IMG/VR virus record: IMGVR_UViG_3300045988_164982
Source: a virus
DNA: 64,000 bases
Direction: 5' to 3' (one strand)
Shown: positions 47,903 to 58,300 of the stretch, piece by piece
How the letters are laid out: the number at the start of each line of letters is the position of its first letter
How positions within the stretch are numbered: position 1 is the first letter of the stretch
Program-made: the position numbers and the translations under genes
Notes under the pieces: model-generated
What the model saw: the letters and a program-made list of their open reading frames with translations, nothing else
What the model was told of the DNA's origin: nothing
Databases searched by the model: none

Positions 47903-48379
47903 ATGGGCAGATTATCATATTGGTATCCCTTGGCTAAAAGCCTAGCCAATTATCTAAACAATCAACTTAGTGATGAAAAAGACGGCATGGGCAGTCCCAT
48001 ACCGCTGTTTGATGGTGTCGATGTTTATGTTGGCACTAAAGGAAAAGGCAGGGATTATCCCTGCATAGAAGTCACATGGGAGTCAGAGTCTAATGTTTCC
48101 AATTCTTTACCGACTGTAGGCGAAGTCAGCCTATGGGTAGATGTGTGTGTGGAAGCAGACGATGACGAGCCAGAACAGGCATATGTTATGCAGGACGAAC
48201 TGCAAAGCAAAATCTTTGATTGTCTGCCTAAGTGGCCACCTGTGGCTAGAGAGGACACAGGAATAGCTCCAAATGTTACTATTGAGGAAATAGTATCAGA
48301 TGGAGATATTTATAGACCTGTGTCGATTTCACGAATAGTATTATCTATTGAATGGAGGAAAGCATATAATGGCAAATAA
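47903..48379 (+). CDS. Tail completion protein, hypothetical
   Basis: Assigned by gene order only. Confidence 0.4.
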   Translation: MGRLSYWYPLAKSLANYLNNQLSDEKDGMGSPIPLFDGVDVYVGTKGKGRDYPCIEVTWESESNVSNSLPTVGEVSLWVDVCVEADDDEPEQAYVMQDELQSKIFDCLPKWPPVAREDTGIAPNVTIEEIVSDGDIYRPVSISRIVLSIEWRKAYNGK

Positions 48380-49499
48380 GTCAGGTTCTAATTCTAACGA
48401 CTTGTATGTTGGTGCTGGTAAGTGGTATACCTATCCATGGGTTGATGGTATTCCACAGCGTGACGACCTTACCATGATTGGTGATGTTGGTTCTGCTACC
48501 CTGAGCACCGATATTACTTCTATTGAGCACAAATCCTCTATGGATCAGGCTCGCGAGGTTATGGCCTCTATTAATACGGAAACCACCCAGAAGCTCACTT
48601 TGGAACTTTATGAGTTTGACCCTGTCAATCTTGCAATCGGTCTGTACGGCAAGGATGGCGTTGTGGAGCAGGTTGCTGGTAATAAGACCAAGCAGTACAA
48701 AATCTCTCCTAATATGAATATCCGCCTCATGGATGATGACGGAAATCCATACATGAATGTTTCTGACATTGTTATTAATCGGGTTTCTGCTAAACAGGCA
48801 AAGGTGGAAGCAGCTCAGATGACTTCTGCGAATGGTTCTACTGGTACTGTGACCAGTGGTGGTACATATACCGGTATCAAGGACACTACCTACTACATTC
48901 GCATTGATAAGGCTAATACCGTTGCAGGTACTGTTACAGACTGTGAGTTTGCGTGGGGCAAGGGCAGTAGCTCTGCAATTGCTTTTGCTGCAGCGCAGAA
49001 ACTTACAGCAACCGGTACTGCACAGACTTTGGACGATGGTGTTACTGTAGCATTGACTCTTGGCTCTACTGATAGCTTTGTTGTTGGTGAAATCTACAGT
49101 ATTGATGTTAAGGCTGCTGGCGGTAAGCTGGTAGAGGGTGTTGATTATGTCGTAAACGAAGTTGATATTCGTGGTGGTATTATCAATATTCCTGCCACTG
49201 CAAAAATCGACGATGATACCGAGGTTTTGGTGGCTTTCAATGTTCCTGCTATGAAAGCACCTAAGATTATGGGTGGTACTATTGGTAAGATTGAGCGTGG
49301 TTTGCTGTTCATCGGTGACCCTAACATTGGCCCATGCTACAATATGGAAATTTGGAAGGCAGCTATTAAGCCTAATGGTGATGTCGGCCTTATTGGTACG
49401 GACTTTGCTTCTTTCCAGTTGGAGTGCACCCTGCTCTCCGACAGAGCAAATCACCCAACAGAGCCACTGTACACTATGGCAAAGGTTAAGGCTAACTAA
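48369..49499 (+). CDS. Major tail protein
   Basis: Its position is before the chaperone/TMP pair. It is followed by a strong terminator. The start is MANKSGSN. Confidence 0.6.
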   Translation: MANKSGSNSNDLYVGAGKWYTYPWVDGIPQRDDLTMIGDVGSATLSTDITSIEHKSSMDQAREVMASINTETTQKLTLELYEFDPVNLAIGLYGKDGVVEQVAGNKTKQYKISPNMNIRLMDDDGNPYMNVSDIVINRVSAKQAKVEAAQMTSANGSTGTVTSGGTYTGIKDTTYYIRIDKANTVAGTVTDCEFAWGKGSSSAIAFAAAQKLTATGTAQTLDDGVTVALTLGSTDSFVVGEIYSIDVKAAGGKLVEGVDYVVNEVDIRGGIINIPATAKIDDDTEVLVAFNVPAMKAPKIMGGTIGKIERGLLFIGDPNIGPCYNMEIWKAAIKPNGDVGLIGTDFASFQLECTLLSDRANHPTEPLYTMAKVKAN

Positions 49500-49537
49500 C
49501 TGCTTGCCCCCTGGCAGATAGTTTAGGATAAAACAAA

Positions 49538-49582
49538 AAGCACTGCTATTACACAATCGTGTGTTTTAGCAGTGCTTTTTGT
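49538..49582 (+). terminator. Rho-independent terminator after the major tail gene
   Basis: An 11-bp stem, AAGCACTGCTA...TAGCAGTGCTT, is followed by TTTTTG. Confidence 0.75.
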
Positions 49583-49682
49583 GGCTTTTGACCTCTATCA
49601 AAGGAGCAAAAAAATGATGAAATATGATGTAAATACATTATAGCAGTGAAATTTATATTGGGCAAATTAAGGGGGATTTTTT

Positions 49683-50123
49683 ATGTCAAATGAAAAAGAA
49701 GTAGAAGTATTGCTTGCAGGTGAAGAAGTAACTGTTCGTGGCGAGGTTTTAAAGGTAAAGCCTTACAATTGGGTTCAGACCTTTAAGATGGCCAAGCCGT
49801 TCAAGATTGTTATGCAGACTGTTATCGACAATGCCGAAAAGGTAAGCACCTTGACCAGCTTTACCAACATGAGTGAAATTCAGCAGGTTTACGCTATCCT
49901 AGACTTTATAGCCAGCGTTGACGATGGAGAGGAGTTCTCCAATGCACTGGCAGAGCTTATTGCAGGTTCTATTGGCAAAGATACTCCATATGTTAAGGAA
50001 CTTGACATTGACGAGGTTATTACAGTCGGTATGGCTGTGTTCAAGGTAAACAAAAGTTTTTTCTCCCAGAAGCTGGGAAAGATAGCAAAAATGTTTCCAG
50101 CACCAAAGAAGAAAGAGAAGTAA
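49683..50123 (+). CDS. Tail assembly chaperone (the G product)
   Basis: The 146-aa protein lies immediately upstream of the TMP and contains a slippery site. Confidence 0.65.
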   Translation: MSNEKEVEVLLAGEEVTVRGEVLKVKPYNWVQTFKMAKPFKIVMQTVIDNAEKVSTLTSFTNMSEIQQVYAILDFIASVDDGEEFSNALAELIAGSIGKDTPYVKELDIDEVITVGMAVFKVNKSFFSQKLGKIAKMFPAPKKKEK

Positions 50124-50358
50124 GTCCTTACGAGGTTATACAAAAGCTAATCTCGCACGGACATACTAAAGAACAAATACTCTATGATTATAGCGTTTCA
50201 GAAGTCCGTCTTTTCTACGAAAAGGTGGTTTCTGATGAAATGCGTGAACAAGCAGATTTTATTGACGGAATTGTTGCAGGTATTGGCGGTGCTTTTGGGG
50301 GGTATAAGCAATTGCAGAGTTCGCTTGCACTTCTTAGAGAGGGCGTGACACACGAATG
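49683..50358 (+). CDS. Tail assembly chaperone G-T fusion produced by a programmed -1 ribosomal frameshift
   Basis: The in-frame slippery heptamer T_TTT_TTC lies at 50057-50063. The -1 frame is open from 49997 to the TGA at 50356-50358, which overlaps the TMP ATG. Confidence 0.6.
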
Positions 50359-53300
50359 AGTCAAGATACTGATATTAGTGTTGCCATCACAGGCGATACA
50401 TCAGATTTACAAAAGAAATTAGCAGGGCTTAAAAAGGAATTAGCTGACTTACGGGTAAATACCGCCAATAATTCTACAGCCGTGGCTGATAAGGCACTGA
50501 AACAGGCAGAAGCCAGTGCTAAAAAAGCTAGTGATGTGCTTATCAATGCCAAGCAGAATGTCAAAGAGCAAAAGGATTTGTTGGTTCAGGCCGAGAAAGA
50601 GCTAGCGGAAGCCAAGAAAAGGCTGGAAAGCACTCAGCAAAAAGCAAATTCAGCAAGGGCATTGGAAAATGAAGCTGCTGCACGCAAAAAGAATCAAACC
50701 GAAGCCTATAAAGAGCAGATGGCTATCAATGCTGTGATGAAAGCAAAGCTAGCTGAATCCCAGGCCGAGGAGAGAGCTAGAAAAAAGCAAATGGAGCTTG
50801 TCAAGGCTAAGGAAAACCTTGATAAAGCAATGACTAATACTCCGACCAAAGATGATAGTGCCAAAATTCAATCTGAAAAAGAGTATACAAAAGCCCAACA
50901 AAAGGCTAAAAATGCTACTATGGCTAGGGAGGAAGCTGAGCGAAACCTTGCTAATGCCAGTGAACGTAGAACAAAAGCACTAAAAGCTGTAAAAAAAGCA
51001 GAAGAACAGGCAAAATCTAATGTTGCCAATGCTCAAACCCAAGAAAGCCTAGCCAGCTTGGGTTTGAAAAATGCAAAATTGGACGAAAAATCAGCAAAAC
51101 AGCGGTTGAAAGCAAGAAAAAACGACCTTGATACAGCAACCACCCCAGAGAAAGCTGCTAGTGCCGAAATTGCCTACGAAAAAGCTCAAAATGCAGTAGA
51201 AGCAGCACTTAATCGCAGGGAAAAGGCTGAACGCAGATTAGCACAGGCACAAAAACAGAGGCTTCAAGCTGAAAAGGAACTTGAAAAAGCTGGCAATATT
51301 GCTAGTCGTAAAGCAGATTCCGAACAGTACAAGAAAAATCTTGCCCAACAGGCTGTGAAAGTAGCACGCAGAAACGAAAGCGAAGCTCTCGCTGATTTAG
51401 AAATAAAGAGAGAGGCTCGTAAAGCAGCACGTTCTGATTATTACAATGCGACTCCACAGAACGACACAACGGCACAAAGAGAAGCTCTTACCAAGGCAGA
51501 GCAGGAGTATCAAAATGCATTATTAGGCTCGGAATCAGCAGTAAAACGCAGACAGATTGCAGAGGAAAAGCTCCAGAAAGCACAGGAGCGTCGAAAGTCT
51601 GCACAAGAAGCCCTAGCAAAAGCACAAACCAATGTGGCCAACACTGGCAGTGTGCAGGGAACGGCTAGTAAAGAAGAACTGCAAGGGGCTAAACAGGCTG
51701 TATCTAATGCCGAGGCTAGAATGAAAGCAGCGCAGAAAGCTGTTGAGAGTGCAGTCAAGGCAGAGGAAAAGGCTAGTAATGATCTTGTGCGTGCCACTAA
51801 TCAAAAGAAATCCGCCCAGCTGAAAGTAGATACAGCCGAAGCAAGACAAAAGATTACTGCTGTCAGCGAGCAGATAAAAGCATTAAGGGCTAATACACCT
51901 AATATAAAGGTAAAGGCTAACACTGGACAGGCACAAACGCAGTTAAGCAAGCTAGAGCGAGTGATACAGTATGTTGATAAGGCACATACTGTGAGCGTGA
52001 GAGCATCGGGAGTAAACAACCTTATTCATCAGCTTGCATTAGTTAGTGCTGCTTTCTATGGCATAAAAGGTGTTATGAACGCTATTCAGGGTTCGTTTGA
52101 TGCCATCATTGGCAGTGGCCTTGAATATCAAAAACAGATTGAAAACGCTCGTATTGGTATTGCCAGTATCTATGCCTCTATGACACAGATAAATGGTACA
52201 AAAACCACCTTTGAGCAAGGGTTAGGTATTGCTAATGAGGTTGTTGACAAGCTCCAGCAGGTAGCAGCAGTTACCGCAGCAACTCCTAAAGATTTGCTTA
52301 CCACATTCCAAGGTTTGGCTGGCCCTGGACTGGGTGCAGGTATGACCACTGATGAGCTTATAAAGTTCACCACCACAGGTGTTAATGCTGCCAAGGCTAT
52401 GATGTTGCCACCAACACAGTTCATACAGGAATTGCGTGACCTTGTGCAAGGTGGTATTCAGCCAGCTTCTAGTACCATTGCTACAGCATTAGGACTGCGT
52501 GATTCCGACATTAAGGCAATGAAAAGCTCCGCTGATGGACTCTTTAAATCCTTGATGGAGAAAATGGAGGGCTTTTCCGAGGGAGCCGGTATGTATACCG
52601 AAACCATCACAGGTAAGATGGAACTTCTCAAACAGGCTTTTGTTAGAGCTAGTGCGGAATTTACCTCTACCTTTGAGGTGGAGATTAAATCAGCCTTGGA
52701 CGGAATATCCTCACTTTTTGCGGACATAGATACTAAGGCAGGAACATTCACCATTAATCCAGAAATAACCGACACTATCAAGGAATTGAAACTTGACCTG
52801 TTGGAAGTAATGGATATATGGGGTGGTTTCGATGAAGATACAGGCAAGTGGTATCCGTCAGAAGAAGCCCTAGATTCATGGGACAATATATGCTCCTTGG
52901 CTGCGGATTTTCGTGACCTTGTGCTGGATATAAGTGATGCCTTGGTGGATTGGACTCCCGTTATTTCTTCTGCTGTAGACGGACTTACTGATGGATTATC
53001 TGTTATTACTGATATTCTTGATGGCATTGTGAGCGTGTTTGATTACACAGGTAAAATAGCTGGTAAGAATCAGGATATACTAGACTTAGTGCATGATATT
53101 GTCGAAGCCTATGTCTTTTATAGAGCAGTAGTTAAGAGTATTCTTCTTGTTACAGGGTTAGTAAGAAGTGTCCTCGTAACAATCAGAACTCTTCAAAAAG
53201 CTATCAATCTCTTAAAACAAAGCCAGCTAAAACTAGAACTAGCAACATTGGCAGTGCAAACCATACTGAAATCAGGACTTGTCGGTATAGCTGCGACAAT

Positions 53301-56300
53301 CGCTGGTGGCATTGCTGTATATAGCGGTGCACTTGATGGACTTTTTGCGAGTCTAAGTAGCAAAGTTGACGGCATACTAGGTTCAGGAGCAGACGATTCT
53401 TATAAGCAACAGCTTGAAGAACTGGACAAACGAAGAAAAGAAAACTATGGGCAGGACAAGCATACAGACCCACAGGCTTTAAGGGACGCTCGTGCTCGAC
53501 AAACCAACAAAACGGACGATAAGGCAGAGAAGCAGCGATTACAGGCTTTACAAAAGTCCTTAAACCAAATATTGAAGCGTATCGACAATGCTTTGAAAGA
53601 CCAGCTCCAACAGCAAAAAGAACATATGGAAAAGGTAGAGCTTCTTAACAAGCAAAGCAAGATGTCTGTAGATGCCTATTATGCCGAAAAAGCAAATAAT
53701 GACAAGGTAGTTGCAGAGGCAAATCTTAATGCATTACAGCAGAAAAAGGATGCCATACTCAGCATTGAGTGGCCAGAGGATAAGTTGGAAGAACGTGACA
53801 CTAAGCTGGAACAGATAAACGCTGAGATGGCTAAACAGACACGTGCTTTAGAGCTGGCCGCAGAGAGTATCACAGGGTTGAAAGACCTAAAAGAGATAGT
53901 CCGACAAGATTTTGCCAGGAATAACCCACAGCAATCTGAATCCGATGTAGTTAGGGCAAAAACTCTATCTGCAATAGAGCCAGAATTGGTTAAATTTGCC
54001 GAAGAACATGGCTGGGATAATCCAGGTGAAACTATAAAGCAGGTTATGGATGCATCTATACGAAAGGGGATAGATGCAAGAGAATTGGTTGCCCTTATTC
54101 AACAAGAAAGTGGTGGCAAGCGAAATGCTATAAGCCCAGCAGGAGCTATAGGATTAACACAATTAATGCCCGAAACCGCAGCCGAAGTTGGGGTTAATCC
54201 TTATGATTGGCGAGAAAATATAAATGGCGGTGCAGCATACCTTGCTAAAATGCGGGGGGCTTTCAATGGGCTTCCAGATATACTTGACCGTGCCATTGCG
54301 GCGTACAATGCAGGACTAGGTGCAGTACAGCAATATGGGGGTGTTCCGCCATATCCTGAAACACAAGCGTATGTAAAGAATTTTCACGAATATTATGACT
54401 CAATGTCATATATTCCAGATACAAGGTATCTTCCTAAGCCATCAGCTTCTCCTACTTATGGCTTTTATGCCACAGGCGATAATATGCTAAGGGGAAGCAA
54501 ATTTGACAGTCGTTATTTAGATGAATATCATTCTGTTGGTGGCGTAACAAAACTTGACGGAATGAAAGATATTGTTTACAGCATTTTTAACCAAGTTGCC
54601 AAGGATTACTTTGATAAAACTGGAGAACGGCTCGTCATTACAGGTGGCAGTGAAGATGGTCATGCAGGTGGAGAATTTAGTCATGGTGCAGGGTGGAAAC
54701 TTGATATTTCCGTACCTGAAAGGGATCGTGAACTGCTAGCAAAACTTCTTGATTCAGCTGGCATTGCAGCAGGTAACGAGGGCAACCATTGGGATTTGTC
54801 CTTTGGTGGTGGTGGAATAGGTGGCCCCCCAGTCAACAGCCGTCAAACAGGAAACCTGCATAATGTTCCTACATTACAGGATTTCACCGCAACATCTGAA
54901 CTCCAGTATGAATACCTAGAAAAATATCGCAAAATGCGTGAAGATTTAATGCAGGATAGGATAAAAATTGCCGAGCTGTATGGAAGTGCAACCGAGGAAA
55001 AAATAGCTGCCATAGACGAAAAATACCTAAAGCAAATAGCAGAGATTTACACACAATTTCCTAATGAGATTGGTGAAAAACGAGTGGCACAGGTAAAAGT
55101 GCTTTGGGATAACGAAAAGCGAGGTATTTACTTTGAGGGTGCAGAAAAGCAGTTAAAATACGCCCTAAAAGACCTTGAAGCCAGCAGTGAGATGATGGGG
55201 GATAAAATCGTTAATGGTGCTGTCAGCCTAAAAGATGGCATAGATAAATACTATGACCATTTCACAGGCGATAATTCCTCGGTAAAAAAATACCTTGATA
55301 AACTCGAAACACTCATGCGAGAATACGAGAGTCAAGGAAACCTTGAAATGTATTGGAAAGTGCGTGATGAAATTGAAAACACCAAGAAGTCACTAACCAA
55401 TATGATTAGCTCGTGGCTTTCAAAGATAGATGAAAGATTCTCCTTTGAGAGCAACATGGTGGATGCCGACTGGACGATGACCAGTGGGCAGAAAGAGCGT
55501 GAAAAACAGGCTATAGAACAAGCCAAACAGCGTGTTAAGGCCGATGCTTACGCTGAACAGATTAAGCAGACCGCTATAGAGCTAAAGGAATGGCAGGAAA
55601 AGCTCAATGATGTTATCGCTGAGCTTGAAAAGGCCACTGACGATAAGGCCAAGTATGCCTTGGAACAGGAAAAGGCTCATATTCAGGGAAAAATAAACGA
55701 GCTTTCACAGTTGCAGGTTGCTAATCAGCGTGCTTATGAGCTTGCTTCTGCACTTGGTCATGTCAAGACTCTGCTTGAAGAAACAAGGCAGACTGCCAAA
55801 CAGGCACTGGAAGATGGACTTGTAGAGTTCCTTACTGATGGCATACAACAGGCAGAGAGCTTAGGCGATGCGCTTAGAAATCTCGCTGTCAGCTTTCTAA
55901 AGACCATGAATCAGTTCTTTGCTAAAAAGGTTGTAAGTGGTCTGATGGATGCATGGTTCCCAGAAGAGGGCTTTAGTAATAAGGAAACGGATTATACCAG
56001 TGGCGCGGAAACAGCCACATTGGCTACTGCACTGGAAACTACCACTGCTGCTACCGAACAGGCAAGTATGGCAACTGAACAGTCTACAACGGCATTGGAA
56101 GCCAATACCAGTGCTACAGAGAACCTTACCACAGCTATGAATAATGCTCCCGCACGAGGGACAGAGGGAGCAGCCACAACCACTGCTGGTACTGCTAGCA
56201 GTGCTGCTTCTACAGCAAATTCCGCAACGGCAAGTGGTGGGGCAGTACAGCAGACTGGTGGAGGAACAGCTACACAGGCAGGTGCTCCGTCAACTTCCAA

Positions 56301-56868
56301 CTTCATTACGAATATCTTTGGAAGTTCGCTGGGACAGCTTGCAGGTAGTCTATTCTCCTTGAAAAACCTTATTAGTGGTGATACTAAGGAAAGACTGCTC
56401 TCTATGATTTACTTGCAGTTGCAGTTAATCCATCAGGCTGTTACCGCATTATCGTTTTCAGCTTCAAGTGGATTTGCAACAGGCGGTTACATTTCTGGGG
56501 CTGGTACAGCCACATCAGACAGTATACCTGCAATGTTGTCTAATGGCGAATATGTGGTAAAGGCTTCTGCCGTAAGACAGTATGGTCGCACCATGCTAGA
56601 CAGGATTAACAGTGGCTCTTATGAGCGATTGAGGGTGAGTGTGCCTAAATTTGCCACAGGTGGCTATGTAGGCTCTACTGGTGCGAAAGCAACCAACAAC
56701 TTTGCTACTTCCTTTGGGGCTTCCGTATCTCCACAGCTTCATGTAAACAACTATGTCGACGGAAAGCGTGTATTTGATTCCTATGGCAAGGAAGTTGTAC
56801 GCAGTGAAGTTACCAAGGCGATTGTACAAAATGCAAAACTTTATTCCAAAACTTTAGGTTTATTCTAA
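50356..56868 (+). CDS. Tape measure protein with an internal lytic transglycosylase (SLT) domain
   Basis: The 2170-aa protein has an N-terminal coiled coil rich in Ala, Lys and Glu and central hydrophobic segments. LIQQESGGKRNAISPAGAIGLTQLMPETA is the SLT motif, at about 54.06-54.40 kb. Confidence 0.85.
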   Translation: MSQDTDISVAITGDTSDLQKKLAGLKKELADLRVNTANNSTAVADKALKQAEASAKKASDVLINAKQNVKEQKDLLVQAEKELAEAKKRLESTQQKANSARALENEAAARKKNQTEAYKEQMAINAVMKAKLAESQAEERARKKQMELVKAKENLDKAMTNTPTKDDSAKIQSEKEYTKAQQKAKNATMAREEAERNLANASERRTKALKAVKKAEEQAKSNVANAQTQESLASLGLKNAKLDEKSAKQRLKARKNDLDTATTPEKAASAEIAYEKAQNAVEAALNRREKAERRLAQAQKQRLQAEKELEKAGNIASRKADSEQYKKNLAQQAVKVARRNESEALADLEIKREARKAARSDYYNATPQNDTTAQREALTKAEQEYQNALLGSESAVKRRQIAEEKLQKAQERRKSAQEALAKAQTNVANTGSVQGTASKEELQGAKQAVSNAEARMKAAQKAVESAVKAEEKASNDLVRATNQKKSAQLKVDTAEARQKITAVSEQIKALRANTPNIKVKANTGQAQTQLSKLERVIQYVDKAHTVSVRASGVNNLIHQLALVSAAFYGIKGVMNAIQGSFDAIIGSGLEYQKQIENARIGIASIYASMTQINGTKTTFEQGLGIANEVVDKLQQVAAVTAATPKDLLTTFQGLAGPGLGAGMTTDELIKFTTTGVNAAKAMMLPPTQFIQELRDLVQGGIQPASSTIATALGLRDSDIKAMKSSADGLFKSLMEKMEGFSEGAGMYTETITGKMELLKQAFVRASAEFTSTFEVEIKSALDGISSLFADIDTKAGTFTINPEITDTIKELKLDLLEVMDIWGGFDEDTGKWYPSEEALDSWDNICSLAADFRDLVLDISDALVDWTPVISSAVDGLTDGLSVITDILDGIVSVFDYTGKIAGKNQDILDLVHDIVEAYVFYRAVVKSILLVTGLVRSVLVTIRTLQKAINLLKQSQLKLELATLAVQTILKSGLVGIAATIAGGIAVYSGALDGLFASLSSKVDGILGSGADDSYKQQLEELDKRRKENYGQDKHTDPQALRDARARQTNKTDDKAEKQRLQALQKSLNQILKRIDNALKDQLQQQKEHMEKVELLNKQSKMSVDAYYAEKANNDKVVAEANLNALQQKKDAILSIEWPEDKLEERDTKLEQINAEMAKQTRALELAAESITGLKDLKEIVRQDFARNNPQQSESDVVRAKTLSAIEPELVKFAEEHGWDNPGETIKQVMDASIRKGIDARELVALIQQESGGKRNAISPAGAIGLTQLMPETAAEVGVNPYDWRENINGGAAYLAKMRGAFNGLPDILDRAIAAYNAGLGAVQQYGGVPPYPETQAYVKNFHEYYDSMSYIPDTRYLPKPSASPTYGFYATGDNMLRGSKFDSRYLDEYHSVGGVTKLDGMKDIVYSIFNQVAKDYFDKTGERLVITGGSEDGHAGGEFSHGAGWKLDISVPERDRELLAKLLDSAGIAAGNEGNHWDLSFGGGGIGGPPVNSRQTGNLHNVPTLQDFTATSELQYEYLEKYRKMREDLMQDRIKIAELYGSATEEKIAAIDEKYLKQIAEIYTQFPNEIGEKRVAQVKVLWDNEKRGIYFEGAEKQLKYALKDLEASSEMMGDKIVNGAVSLKDGIDKYYDHFTGDNSSVKKYLDKLETLMREYESQGNLEMYWKVRDEIENTKKSLTNMISSWLSKIDERFSFESNMVDADWTMTSGQKEREKQAIEQAKQRVKADAYAEQIKQTAIELKEWQEKLNDVIAELEKATDDKAKYALEQEKAHIQGKINELSQLQVANQRAYELASALGHVKTLLEETRQTAKQALEDGLVEFLTDGIQQAESLGDALRNLAVSFLKTMNQFFAKKVVSGLMDAWFPEEGFSNKETDYTSGAETATLATALETTTAATEQASMATEQSTTALEANTSATENLTTAMNNAPARGTEGAATTTAGTASSAASTANSATASGGAVQQTGGGTATQAGAPSTSNFITNIFGSSLGQLAGSLFSLKNLISGDTKERLLSMIYLQLQLIHQAVTALSFSASSGFATGGYISGAGTATSDSIPAMLSNGEYVVKASAVRQYGRTMLDRINSGSYERLRVSVPKFATGGYVGSTGAKATNNFATSFGASVSPQLHVNNYVDGKRVFDSYGKEVVRSEVTKAIVQNAKLYSKTLGLF

Positions 56869-56873
56869 TAGAA

Positions 56874-56912
56874 AGAGGGACACCTGCCTTATTGGTAGAT
56901 GTCCCTCTTATT
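56874..56912. terminator. Bidirectional terminator
   Basis: The stem AGAGGGACA...TGTCCCTCT is followed by a T-rich stretch. Confidence 0.65.
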
Positions 56913-57722
56913 TTATTTCTGAACTAATGCGACTTTCTTTATCTCGCCGTTGTTATCGATATAGTCTTCATAGCCTACAATTTTGCCACTGTTACTGCTA
57001 TTGCTTAATGCGGTGCGGATAGCTTCAACACCAGCTTCGTTATAGCGGAAAGTTTCAACCTGCTTTGCGGAGTATTTGGACTTATCATAGAACCACTTGC
57101 CATACTGTTCAGTTTTCAGGTTATTCTGCTTGGCGATGGTTCCAACCCTATGGGCAGAGATTCCCAGCTGTTCACCAACTTCGGTAGCAGTATAGGTTTT
57201 CTGCTCAACCTGCGGCAAAGCAAATACTTCCTTGTCAGCCAAGGTGTTAGCAGCATAGGCATTGCAGATTTCCTTATACTCAGTTACACCGGTATTCTGT
57301 GCTATCTTCAACCACAAGCCAGCTTGGCGAGTACGAGCGTTCATCAGCATGGTAGTAGCTCTTTGCTTCTGTGTCTCGGATTCTTTTACAGTATAGCTCC
57401 CAGTCTTGCGGATAGATGGCAACACCTCGGAAGTTACCCAATGCTTGAACTCTTTAGCACGAGGGAGTTTGGAGGAGAGGATTAGAGAGTACAGCCCTGA
57501 TTCGTTGATTACTTTTACAGTTTGCTTGCCTCTTGATGGGGTGGTGATTTGCCACCCCTTTGAATCATCAACATCAACATGATTTTTCAGCGCATTAACA
57601 GTATCTCTATAGCCTAGAAGAATCGCAACATCTTTTCCTACAAACCAAGGCTCATTACCATCACTAACTACTCTTATGCTACCAAATTCAACATTCTCGA
57701 AAATTTTCAAATTATTATCCAT
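56913..57722 (-). CDS. Bro-N domain antirepressor-like protein (moron)
   Basis: The N-terminus is FGSIRVVSDGNEPWFVGKDVAILLGY, which is Bro-N. The C-terminal ~90 aa are close to the C-terminus of the ORF at 23874-24725. Confidence 0.65.
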   Translation of the reverse strand: MDNNLKIFENVEFGSIRVVSDGNEPWFVGKDVAILLGYRDTVNALKNHVDVDDSKGWQITTPSRGKQTVKVINESGLYSLILSSKLPRAKEFKHWVTSEVLPSIRKTGSYTVKESETQKQRATTMLMNARTRQAGLWLKIAQNTGVTEYKEICNAYAANTLADKEVFALPQVEQKTYTATEVGEQLGISAHRVGTIAKQNNLKTEQYGKWFYDKSKYSAKQVETFRYNEAGVEAIRTALSNSSNSGKIVGYEDYIDNNGEIKKVALVQK

Positions 57723-57834
57723 TATGCAATTTTCCCTCTTTCATTACACCAAAAGGTCTGCTATAATAGATTTAACAAGACCTTTCGGTTTTGGTGCAGG
57801 TGGTTCATCATCTCTTGGCGGGGGCGATGAACCA

Positions 57835-58005
57835 CTATTTTTGTTGTAGCAAAAGCATTATTCCTTGTCTTATAGCACCTGCCTTTGTTAGATTATGCTT
57901 TTGGGCATACTGGCAGAGTAATTCGCTTGTGTGTCTATCGACTCTTACTTTCAAGTCTACATCTTTGGGATTTTCAGCTTTTGGTCTACCCATTTTAGGA
58001 CTCAT
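57835..58005 (-). CDS. Small RHH/CopG-like DNA-binding protein upstream of the Bro gene
   Basis: The 56-aa product is MSPKMGRPKAENPKDVDLKVRVDRHTSELLCQYAQKHNLTKAGAIRQGIMLL. GGAGGTG lies 8 nt upstream. It is similar in type to the ORF at 23568-23762. Confidence 0.45.
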   Translation of the reverse strand: MSPKMGRPKAENPKDVDLKVRVDRHTSELLCQYAQKHNLTKAGAIRQGIMLLLQQK

Positions 58006-58271
58006 TAATCAAACACCTCCTTTTATGAGTACCAACAACACATATTATATTTATCTGACCTCAAAAAGTCAAGTGTTTTTTACCACCGCCTAGCAAAGCA
58101 ATAACTTCGTCAACTTTTTCCAAAAAGGAAATAGTTGATTTTTATAATCGCTCAGTAAAGCAATATATTACTTCGTCAACTTGTTGGTTTTTTGCACAAG
58201 TTGATTTTTACAATAGTGTTTAACTCGTTGCCAACTTGTCAATGACGAGTTACTTGTAAATGCAGTTTACA

Positions 58272-58300
58272 TTTACAGTCGAAAACAAATGTAGTATAAT
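58272..58300 (+). promoter_or_regulatory. Promoter TTTACA-N17-TATAAT upstream of the distal tail genes
   Basis: A GTAAATG-N7-CATTTAC palindrome overlaps the -35 box. Confidence 0.5.

Noticed and set aside
50361-56306. Many 60-190-aa minus-strand ORFs inside the TMP gene, and similar ones inside the ATPase, RecT, capsid and tail genes
   Set aside because: They are antisense ORFs made by the biased Ala/Lys-rich codon usage of the sense strand. They have no RBS and show no conservation logic.
57791-58093. 100-aa plus-strand ORF between the Bro gene and the tail genes
   Set aside because: It has no RBS. The opposite strand encodes a well-formed 56-aa RHH protein with GGAGGTG 8 nt upstream, which explains the open frame.
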